Shown one piece after another: positions 38,641-45,785 of a stretch of DNA of 64,000 nucleotides (positions are counted from its first letter, which is position 1; each line of letters begins with the position of its first letter). The notes beneath the pieces are model-generated. The model did no database searches. It was given only the letters and a program-made list of their open reading frames with translations, and was not told the origin of the DNA. A program made the translations under genes and the position numbers. The stretch is from a virus. The stretch is taken from the IMG/VR virus record IMGVR_UViG_3300023179_000011, positions 135,846-199,845 of that record; one strand, given 5' to 3'.

Positions 38641-38666
38641 CCCCGGAGGCACGATTACCTCCGGGG
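38641..38666. terminator. GC-rich hairpin between convergent genes
   Basis: CCCCGGAGG/CCTCCGGGG; no clear U-tract. Confidence 0.55.
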
Positions 38667-38676
38667 CGCGCCGCTG

Positions 38677-39072
38677 TTAGTTTTCCAGCCGGTCGAGCAT
38701 GGCCAGCTGCCGCTCGAAGATCTTCTGCACGAGCGGGAGACGCTTCTTCACGATCTTCTGGACCTGCTCGTTCATCGCCACGAGCATGGCGCCGTTTTCG
38801 GCCGCCCAGCGCGCACCGACACCCGACTCGAAGAACTCGGCGACCAGCTCCAGCTCTTTCGAGGAGAAGCGCTTTGCCAGTTCCTTCTTGAACACGTCAT
38901 TGAACGTGTCCACGGTGAACACCTCCATGAACGCCGTCCGCCACGCGTTCGCGATCGTCGCCGGCATACCACCGACGTTGATCATGTTCTCCACCACCTG
39001 ATCGACCTGTGTGTCGAAGATCTCGGCGGCGGCCATGGCGGTTGCGAGGCGGTCAAACAACTTCTGGTCCAT
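38677..39072 (-). CDS. DUF2059-like helical protein
   Basis: RFSSKELELVAEFFESGVG pattern. Confidence 0.65.
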   Translation of the reverse strand: MDQKLFDRLATAMAAAEIFDTQVDQVVENMINVGGMPATIANAWRTAFMEVFTVDTFNDVFKKELAKRFSSKELELVAEFFESGVGARWAAENGAMLVAMNEQVQKIVKKRLPLVQKIFERQLAMLDRLEN

Positions 39073-39163
39073 CGTACTAACTCCCTATGCCAATTATCGC
39101 TGGCGCGGCAGAGTCGGCTTGATATACAACGCGCACATCAAGTAGTACCGGGCTCTACATGTG

Positions 39164-39191
39164 ATATGCCCGGATTTTGATAGATATTTAG
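39164..39191 (-). promoter_or_regulatory. Putative phage promoter, copy 2
   Basis: CTAAATA-TCTATCAAAATCCGGGC-ATAT. Confidence 0.75.
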
Positions 39192-39195
39192 CCCG

Positions 39196-39254
39196 GCGCT
39201 GATAGCTAAAGGAAGCGCTCGCAGCCCCGGGGCTTGGGCGGCACCCGGGGCTGC
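39196..39254 (-). terminator. 11-bp GC hairpin plus junction motif
   Basis: GCAGCCCCGGG/CCCGGGGCTGC at 39221-39254; GCGCTGATAGCTAAA at 39196-39210. Confidence 0.65.
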
Positions 39255-39296
39255 AATACACTTCCGCGCAGCAGTGGTTACACTACTGCGCACACA

Positions 39297-39953
39297 TCAG
39301 GTCGTCGCCGTGGCGAGGGCCGTGGCGGCCTTCACGGCGCGGCGGCCCTTGCTGTTCTTGATCGCGGCGGCACGGGCCTTGGCGATCTCCTCCTTGTCCA
39401 CACCCGCCGTGAAGAGGGTGTAGCAGGTCTCGGCGAGGACGCCGGCGGTGACCGCGCAGGTGAGCACGCTCACGAGCTTGGCCGTACCGACCGTAGCGCC
39501 AGCAGCGACCGCGAGGCCGCCGATGGTGCTGCCGACCAGCGCGCCGCCGGTGATGGCGACGCCGATCGCCGCGGCGCCGCACAGGATCTTGACGGCGTAG
39601 GTGTTCACCTTCAGCCAGTCCACCGACCGCGTCGAGACGAGGTTGCGGACGTAGCTGAGGGCTTCACGGACCTTGCCGCCGGCGTGACGCATCTGATCGC
39701 CGATCCACGAAAGGACGGAGGCCGCCCACTCGTAGATGGTGTTGAAGATGCGCCCCATGAACTCCCAGACCGCACGACCCACCGACAGCAGGCTGTCGAG
39801 CAGATTGTCGAGCGACTGACCGAGACCCTTGCCGGCCGTCTCGCAGAAGCCGGGCTCGCGCCGAGCGGCACGGGTGACCTTGCCCTTCTTGGCCGTCGCC
39901 TTCACGCCAGCGTGGCCACCGACAGCGGGAGCAGCAGAAACAGCGTTAACCAT
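39297..39953 (-). CDS. Ala-rich membrane protein, very GC-rich coding
   Basis: 218 aa; hydrophobic core with basic ends. Confidence 0.75.
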   Translation of the reverse strand: MVNAVSAAPAVGGHAGVKATAKKGKVTRAARREPGFCETAGKGLGQSLDNLLDSLLSVGRAVWEFMGRIFNTIYEWAASVLSWIGDQMRHAGGKVREALSYVRNLVSTRSVDWLKVNTYAVKILCGAAAIGVAITGGALVGSTIGGLAVAAGATVGTAKLVSVLTCAVTAGVLAETCYTLFTAGVDKEEIAKARAAAIKNSKGRRAVKAATALATATT

Positions 39954-40052
39954 CGCAACCTCTTCTTTCTATAGAGAGGAGTAAAGTTACACCTTACCCG
40001 GGTAACATGCGGGGGTAATCGGCAACACGCCGATACCAGAGGGGGTCACTAG

Positions 40053-40080
40053 ATATACCCGGTTTTTCGGGTTTATTTAG
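40053..40080 (-). promoter_or_regulatory. Putative phage promoter, copy 3
   Basis: CTAAATA-AACCCGAAAAACCGGGT-ATAT; preceded by GCTGATAG. Confidence 0.75.
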
Positions 40081-40083
40081 CTA

Positions 40084-41226
40084 TCAGCCAATCGACCGGG
40101 TCTTGAGCACCAGCTTTTCCTGCGCGGGCCATAACAGCATCTGCTGCATGGTATCCACGCTGGTGACATCCTTAAGCAGCTTGAGAGCTACCTGCGGATT
40201 CACCTGTATTACCTCGGAAGCTGGCTTCTCCTCTTTGCACGCCCGAGATAAATCTTCATACCGTGTGTACGTATCCCACACCCAATCCTCGCCGTTCTCG
40301 GGGTTGTGCTTTTTCAGCTCCCCGGTCACGTAATGATTGGTCTGCACAAGGCCGTGTTTCCTTGTGCGGATGTAGGTATGTTCCCCGGTATGTGTTACGA
40401 CCGCGTGTTCTTTACTCTGCGTACCGACCACGTGCGCGAAGAATGGCACCATGGTTTGCTGCGTACGCAGATGAAAAACAAGCTTTTCGTAACTTGGCAT
40501 TTTGTCGCAGACCGCTCGGACCCGCTGTAACGCCGGCCACGCTTGGAGCAGATCTTTGACAGATGCCGCGGTGTTTGTCACGTATGCAAACATCGCAGAC
40601 AACGATCCCCACCAGCCCGTGTCTGTGCCGTCCTCGTCTTCTTCGTCGACAAGAGACTTCACAATTGGGGCTTGATTGACAACCAACGCCCACTGGGCAG
40701 ACATCGCGCTGACGACGCCCACCATGCCCGCAACGCCCACCGAAGTGTAGCTTTTGCGGCCACGATGAAAGCGAAGCAGCTTGGTGTGCTTGCCAGTAGA
40801 GGGAGGCGTCACCCAGTCCATGTTGCGCACAATGACTGGGGTGGAATTCACATCGAAGCTTGCAGAACTACATCCACAACCGTACATCTCGGCAAGAGAC
40901 GTAAAGTCGTAAATTAAGTTCCCCAGCAGAAGCTTGCCGACAGGGACTTCAGCGTGCCGCGCAATGCACCGAAGTTCCTGCGGATACTCAAGGTCTGTAC
41001 CCGTCAGGATCCAGCCCCCAAGTCGTCCACCGCCGCTTGTCACACTCTTTACGACACTTTTCATGGTGTCAGAAAGGTGCGGCAAGATTTCCTCGTCGAC
41101 ATGGGTTTCCACGTCTTCGAGGATGGACTGGATCGCGTCGCCATTTTGACGAGCGAACCCGGCCCAGCGTTCGTCCGGTGGTTCCTCCAGATCGATGTCA
41201 TGAATCTTCCCGGTGAAAAGTTTCAT
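40084..41226 (-). CDS. Ntn-hydrolase of the acid ceramidase/NAAA type
   Basis: IDLEEPPDERW (alpha part), CSSA...VRNMDW (nucleophile Cys), QTNH. Confidence 0.8.
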   Translation of the reverse strand: MKLFTGKIHDIDLEEPPDERWAGFARQNGDAIQSILEDVETHVDEEILPHLSDTMKSVVKSVTSGGGRLGGWILTGTDLEYPQELRCIARHAEVPVGKLLLGNLIYDFTSLAEMYGCGCSSASFDVNSTPVIVRNMDWVTPPSTGKHTKLLRFHRGRKSYTSVGVAGMVGVVSAMSAQWALVVNQAPIVKSLVDEEDEDGTDTGWWGSLSAMFAYVTNTAASVKDLLQAWPALQRVRAVCDKMPSYEKLVFHLRTQQTMVPFFAHVVGTQSKEHAVVTHTGEHTYIRTRKHGLVQTNHYVTGELKKHNPENGEDWVWDTYTRYEDLSRACKEEKPASEVIQVNPQVALKLLKDVTSVDTMQQMLLWPAQEKLVLKTRSIG

Positions 41227-41576
41227 GACACACCGTCTTTCTTAGACCTCGGCGACAGACCGAAGTCGCTGTCGGCTCCCGGAAACGGCACCGGGATGTT
41301 GAGCTTGCCGCAGCACTGGGCAGCCAACGACTCCAGCCGCTCGATGTAGTCCATGCGGACACGATCGCGCGCGTCGTTCAGCTCTTTCACGCGCGCGATC
41401 GACCCCAGCAGCTTTTTGTTATCTGCTGAGACCTGCTCGATGCGCTCGAACGCCGTGTTGAGTGTGGTGGCGAGGAAGCCGACCACCTTGCCCAGCTCGG
41501 CTACTTTTTCTTCTGTGGACACCGGAGCGTCGGCGGGGAACCACTTGTTGACGTCCGTCTCAAACAGCTGACTCAT
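41223..41576 (-). CDS. Coiled-coil hypothetical protein
   Basis: AAGGAG RBS; heptad pattern. Confidence 0.7.
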   Translation of the reverse strand: MSQLFETDVNKWFPADAPVSTEEKVAELGKVVGFLATTLNTAFERIEQVSADNKKLLGSIARVKELNDARDRVRMDYIERLESLAAQCCGKLNIPVPFPGADSDFGLSPRSKKDGVS

Positions 41577-41650
41577 CGGTCATTCTCCTTAGCCGCGCAA
41601 AGCGGCAAAAAGACACAGAACACCCCGACACACTACCGGGGTACCAGTAA

Positions 41651-41678
41651 ATATGACACGAATTACGCGTCTATTTAG
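41651..41678 (-). promoter_or_regulatory. Putative phage promoter, copy 4
   Basis: CTAAATA-GACGCGTAATTCGTGTC-ATAT. Confidence 0.75.
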
Positions 41679-41683
41679 CTGCC

Positions 41684-41738
41684 GCGCTAATAGCTAAAAA
41701 AAGCGCCCGCAGGCGGAGGTCATACCTACGGGCGCTTT
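41684..41738 (-). terminator. Intrinsic terminator plus junction motif
   Basis: AAAGCGCCCG/CGGGCGCTTT hairpin, T-run, GCGCTAATAGCTAAA at 41684-41698. Confidence 0.75.
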
Positions 41739-41740
41739 GC

Positions 41741-41965
41741 CTACTGGGCCGAGAGGGTGGTCCACTCGCCGCTGTAGGTCTCATCCAACGGATTGATGAT
41801 CCGCGGCTTGGCTGCGTGTGCGACAGGCTTGGCAACTGGGTTAGACGCCGGTACGGGCGCCGTCATCCGGTGCTGCATGTCGCGCCACGCCGGCGACGGC
41901 TGGAGCTTGTCAGAGATCCAACCAATCGCCGCCAGACCACCAAAGATCATGAGGGCCGTGGTCAT
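41741..41965 (-). CDS. Small N-terminally anchored membrane protein
   Basis: AAGGA RBS; TM helix. Confidence 0.65.
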   Translation of the reverse strand: MTTALMIFGGLAAIGWISDKLQPSPAWRDMQHRMTAPVPASNPVAKPVAHAAKPRIINPLDETYSGEWTTLSAQ

Positions 41966-42032
41966 GCTATTTCCTTCCTTTCAATCATGACGGGCAAAGC
42001 GTAATTTTTGGCTTACGCCTATCCGTCACTTA

Positions 42033-42060
42033 ATATGACAGGAAATAGCTGGGTATTTAG
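42033..42060 (-). promoter_or_regulatory. Putative phage promoter, copy 5
   Basis: CTAAATA-CCCAGCTATTTCCTGTC-ATAT. Confidence 0.75.
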
Positions 42061-42061
42061 C

Positions 42062-42145
42062 TCACATCCAGATGATGATGTCGAGGCCCAGATCCTCGTC
42101 TTCTTCGTCGTCTGAGGTAAAGATATCAAAGGCGGCGGCGCACAT
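42062..42145 (-). CDS. 27-aa acidic peptide (not in the ORF track)
   Basis: GGAGG RBS; MCAAAFDIFTSDDEEDEDLGLDIIIWM; TGA stop overlaps AGCTAAATA; perfect TATAAT at 42184-42189. Confidence 0.55.
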   Translation of the reverse strand: MCAAAFDIFTSDDEEDEDLGLDIIIWM

Positions 42146-42280
42146 ATGTACCTCCAGACGACAGGTTATTAAATCGTGTCGCAATTATACGATTTTGATA
42201 ACACGTCCCGAAGCTTAAGAAGTTCGTATGCGTTTTTCTTACAGCTATTTGACGTAAATCTTTGCGCGACAATACGTTAC

Positions 42281-42330
42281 GGCTAATAGCTAAAAAAAAG
42301 GCGCCCAAGACTTTCGTCGAGGGCGCCTTT
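42281..42330 (-). terminator. Intrinsic terminator plus junction motif
   Basis: AAGGCGCCC/GGGCGCCTT hairpin, T-run, GGCTAATAGCTAAA. Confidence 0.75.
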
Positions 42331-42425
42331 CCCAGAGTGCACTGTGGCATGCGGTGTGATATAGGAGGCCGGTCTGAAGAGCCAAAAAACACACCGAAAC
42401 ACCACAGCAACCCCGTTAAGGAGAA

Positions 42426-42519
42426 TACCTCGCTGGGAATTGCACCCAGCCTGCCGCGAGGGTTTAAGCCTCGCTGCCGCGCACCAAACGTGCGCCGCCG
42501 GCAGTGTCTCTAGTGAGGT
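42426..42519 (-). ncRNA. tRNA-like RNA with an expanded D-arm region
   Basis: ACCTC/GAGGT-A end stem; GCGAGG-CTTAAAC-CCTCGC arm; GCTGGG-TGCAATT-CCCAGC T-like arm; extra GCGCAC/GTGCGC hairpin. Confidence 0.6.
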
Positions 42520-42550
42520 GCAACCGCGCGGCCGCGCGGCTTAACTAACC

Positions 42551-42778
42551 CTAGACAGGCTCGAACTCGGCGTCGACAACCGTGTAGCTGTCGAAGTCGT
42601 CGTTCAGGATCGCCGCTTCCGCGGGGATGCACTCGCAGACGCCCAGTGCAAGGCTGCAGTGCAGGCAGCGCTCAGTGTCGACGTCCGGCGGCGCAATCGC
42701 CGCAGCCAACACAAACAGCATGTCCCGGTAGTCGTCCACATTGACCTTCACCGCCGGGTTGTTGCGCGGACCAGCCAT
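42551..42778 (-). CDS. Small Cys-containing hypothetical protein
   Basis: AAGGAGG RBS before MAGPRNN; CLHC...CEC. Confidence 0.65.
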   Translation of the reverse strand: MAGPRNNPAVKVNVDDYRDMLFVLAAAIAPPDVDTERCLHCSLALGVCECIPAEAAILNDDFDSYTVVDAEFEPV

Positions 42779-42964
42779 AATCTCGTCCTCCTTGAAGAGA
42801 AATAAAACAACCGCCGTCTCGTGGCGGCACAACGCTAATGGTCTCTCGCCATTAGACGGCCCCACCTATCACCGGGCAGGGGGTACGGCTGAGGATTGCT
42901 TAGCTCCCACGTAAAACCAGCCCACCTAGTGACTGGCGCGGCAGGAGCTATAGGTCCTCAATAG

Positions 42965-42992
42965 ATATGCCGTGTTTTTGGCAGATATTTAG
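42965..42992 (-). promoter_or_regulatory. Putative phage promoter, copy 6
   Basis: CTAAATA-TCTGCCAAAAACACGGC-ATAT. Confidence 0.75.
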
Positions 42993-42998
42993 CTAGGA

Positions 42999-43044
42999 GC
43001 AGATAGCTAAAAAAAAGCCGGCAGGGGAGCGCACCCCTGCCGAC
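42999..43044 (-). terminator. Intrinsic terminator plus junction motif
   Basis: GGCAGGGG/CCCCTGCC hairpin, T8 run, GCAGATAGCTAAA. Confidence 0.75.
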
Positions 43045-43104
43045 TCTTGGCGAATTAACGAGTCGCCACCCGTGCCGAAGCGACCAACCGGTCGCCAAAA
43101 GAAT

Positions 43105-43456
43105 CGTTAGCACAAGAAACGCTCGTGAGGACAGGTATCACTACCCGCCTACGCTCTGCAGCCGTTTGTTAGGTCACAGACAGGTTCGCGTTGTACGGAC
43201 GCAAACCTTTGTTATTTAAAACTAGTCTGGCAGGTCTTTCACCTGCATCACCCGCTCCCCTAGACGTAATGTTTAGTGTAGTCGAGTGGAATCACTTGGA
43301 ATAGCCAACGAGGCCCGGGCGGGGCAGCCCGCTATTCCGCCATTTACCCTAACGGTTCCTGCAAAACATTTCACGAAAACTGCTCGCCCAGCCCTCTGCA
43401 TGCACCTAGAGATAGGTTCATACACATGCTTCTCACGAGCGTTTCTTGTGCCAACG
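43105..43456 (-). ncRNA. Candidate large structured ncRNA (~350 nt)
   Basis: 25-bp terminal helix (20 bp perfect, plus one G-U on the minus strand); several internal hairpins; no credible ORF. Confidence 0.6.
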
Positions 43457-43480
43457 CGGGTATTGTAACACCCGAATGAG

Positions 43481-43768
43481 CTACGTCAACGTGTCGATAT
43501 AGTGCTGCGTCGAGCACACATAACGCGTGACGATTTCTTCGGCATCACACCCGGGGCAGCGCTGGTCTAACTCTTGGACCAGCGTGCCCATCGACCGGCG
43601 GATATTTAACAGCGCGCGCCGAAGTTGTTTTACTTCGATCTCCGCATCTGTTTTATATCTCGTCCCGCTCTTGGTGTTTACTGTCGGCGCCAATGCTGTC
43701 TTCTCCTTGTTTACTACTTCCGTCCACCACTGGTTGTTCCAGTTCACTGCCTTCTGACTCGCTGGCAT
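43481..43768 (-). CDS. Hypothetical protein
   Basis: 95-aa ORF; overlaps the upstream ORF, start uncertain. Confidence 0.5.
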   Translation of the reverse strand: MPASQKAVNWNNQWWTEVVNKEKTALAPTVNTKSGTRYKTDAEIEVKQLRRALLNIRRSMGTLVQELDQRCPGCDAEEIVTRYVCSTQHYIDTLT

Positions 43769-43949
43769 CTTTATACGCTATCAGCAGCGCTTCCTTGAGT
43801 GTGTCAATCAGGGTGTTTGCGCACGTGTCGATCACTTTACGCTGATACTCCAGCTTGTCAATCGTCTCGCGCATCTCGTCTCTGGTTTTTACCAGCGTCT
43901 CGGCCAGCTTGAGCAGCGATTGCGCCAACGCTATCGACAGATTGTCCAC
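43653..43949 (-). CDS. Coiled-coil hypothetical protein
   Basis: AAGGAG RBS, GTG start. Confidence 0.55.
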   Translation of the reverse strand: MDNLSIALAQSLLKLAETLVKTRDEMRETIDKLEYQRKVIDTCANTLIDTLKEALLIAYKDASESEGSELEQPVVDGSSKQGEDSIGADSKHQERDEI

Positions 43950-44036
43950 ACAGTTCTCCTTTCACAGATAGGCTTTTTGGCCAACCAGTTCACCAACCAC
44001 ACACCAACAACGGGCTCTGCTGTTTCTTCGGTCATG

Positions 44037-44651
44037 TTAGTCCCACAGGGCTTGGTAGTACTTACCGAAGAGCGTCGTACCACGGCGGATACGCTCCTCG
44101 TGTGCTTTCAACCCGTCGAAATCGCACTTCACCCGCTTCATGTGCTCGGCGATGTTATCAATATCGGCCAAATCATCACGACCTTGCCAGAACTGATCGT
44201 CATGATCTGGGTCGTTCAACTGCTCGAACGCCCAGATCATCTCACCTATGATCCACTCCCAACGCTTTTCATGGTTCTGGTCGGGCGCGCAGCAATTCTT
44301 TTCTTCTTCGGTCAACGGCGGCGCAGCGCTGGACCGAAGTTCTTCCGGGACATCTTCGTCGTCAGTTAAAGGATACCCGTGCTGGGTTTTCTTCAACTGT
44401 TTGAGCAGCGGAAGAATAATCGGCGCGAGCGTGTCGTCTACGCTCCACGTGTCGTAGTAGTGGATCTTGATCACAACTTTCCGCTTGCGGAACCGACCGT
44501 GAAACCACTCGCAGAACGGACCTAGCCACGTCTTGCTCAACCACTCGCCGATCTCGTGACAGCGATCTTCAGAGACGCCAACCCACTGAAGCAAATCAGC
44601 AATCTGATACGGACCCCACCATTTGGGCGCTTTGCCAATGTAAACTTTCAT
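44037..44651 (-). CDS. Conserved phage hypothetical protein
   Basis: GGAGG RBS; YDTWSVDDTLAPIILPLLKQLK...HGYP pattern recalled from T4-like phage hypotheticals. Confidence 0.75.
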   Translation of the reverse strand: MKVYIGKAPKWWGPYQIADLLQWVGVSEDRCHEIGEWLSKTWLGPFCEWFHGRFRKRKVVIKIHYYDTWSVDDTLAPIILPLLKQLKKTQHGYPLTDDEDVPEELRSSAAPPLTEEEKNCCAPDQNHEKRWEWIIGEMIWAFEQLNDPDHDDQFWQGRDDLADIDNIAEHMKRVKCDFDGLKAHEERIRRGTTLFGKYYQALWD

Positions 44652-44944
44652 GAGTCCTCCTTGAACCTCTGCCACTGATGTTGACAGTCTGGGCACTCCC
44701 AATACGACACGCCGTCGTAATGCTTGGGGTGGCTGTACGGCAGTTGGACGCCGATCAGCCTACTGAACTTGTATGGCGGCGAGTAAGACTTTTCAATGAG
44801 TTCCCGAAGTCCATCGTCCGACATAATTTTGCACCAGTCTTGCCCGCGCAAGACAGTAAAGATATCTCCAGCACACCAATCCGCGTCACACTCTGGGCAG
44901 TGGCCAAAGTGATCAAGCCGCGCCGTTTTCTCATTCAACAGCAT
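44648..44944 (-). CDS. Small zinc-binding hypothetical protein
   Basis: CPEC...CPDC. Confidence 0.7.
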   Translation of the reverse strand: MLLNEKTARLDHFGHCPECDADWCAGDIFTVLRGQDWCKIMSDDGLRELIEKSYSPPYKFSRLIGVQLPYSHPKHYDGVSYWECPDCQHQWQRFKEDS

Positions 44945-45176
44945 TGGTTGTCTCCTGTGGCTTCCAAACGACAAACCTATCGACACCCGGCAAAACGTTT
45001 AACGTTCTACCGTTGTCCCACTTGACGCCGATTTGTTGCCAGTCCGCCGGACCATCCAGCGAAAGATATACGATTGTCCCCTTCAATCCTGCTGGCATAC
45101 CCTCTTCAACCGGAATTATTTTTGAGTTCGGGTTTGTCATGGGAGCCAGCAATTTGATGCGATCTCCGACTTTCAA
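44931..45176 (-). CDS. DUF4314-like SH3-type protein
   Basis: GDRIKL...GTI...VKWDNGRTL...VDRF. Confidence 0.75.
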   Translation of the reverse strand: MKVGDRIKLLAPMTNPNSKIIPVEEGMPAGLKGTIVYLSLDGPADWQQIGVKWDNGRTLNVLPGVDRFVVWKPQETTNAVE

Positions 45177-45431
45177 TGGATGTACCTTTCAAAAAAAAGA
45201 AAAACCGGGCGGGCCCTTTACGTTCCGGCCCTATAACCCAAGACGAGCTGCAGCTCTTCTTGGAAACCCTCCACGTCGAAATCCACGCCGCGAGATTCCC
45301 GCAGCGGTCTTCGATTGGTAAGGGATACCCGGTTAGACAACGGTGCGCTCAGGTATGCTAGCTGTCGCTGAATAGAAAGCTTGGGCCGTGGGCATACCAT
45401 TTTGGCCTAGTTTTTTCTACTCCCGTTGTGA

Positions 45432-45785
45432 TGGAGGCGGCGGGAATCGAACCCGCGTCCTGAGATGTTTCAGTTCAGACGTCTACGTGCGTATCTGGTG
45501 AATTTAGTCTCACCTGAGTGTCACCCTACCAGCGCGGTAACAGTACAGGCCAGCTCTGAACAAATTTAAACTAGCAGGACAGAGCAGTGAGCTAGGCGAG
45601 TCGGATTTGGCGACCGCTAGACAACCCTTCCGACTGGGGCTGGTTCGCGGGCTGCTGATTTTACTCAGGCAGCGATGGCAAGAGTGTTGCCGACTAACAT
45701 TTGATCGAGTTTTAACGTGGCCACCCGATCAACCACGACACGCAGTCTTGAACCTCCGTCATCCAGTCGATACCAGTACGCCCCC
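45432..45785 (-). ncRNA. ssrA: tmRNA; tag (A)GNTLAIAA
   Basis: GGGGGCG/CGCCTCC-A acceptor stem with G3-U70; TTCGATT T-loop; TAGTC upstream of the resume codon; tag ORF at 45665-45691. Confidence 0.93.

Noticed and set aside
42342-42407. Hammerhead-like CTGAAGA...GAAAC
   Set aside because: Stem II cannot form, the cleavage triplet would end in G, and there is no stem I. Kept only as a plain hairpin.
43105-43456. Group I intron or RNase P identity for the 350-nt RNA
   Set aside because: Only a partial CAGACTA resemblance. No matching S/P7 partner, no interrupted gene and no GAGGAAAGUCC.
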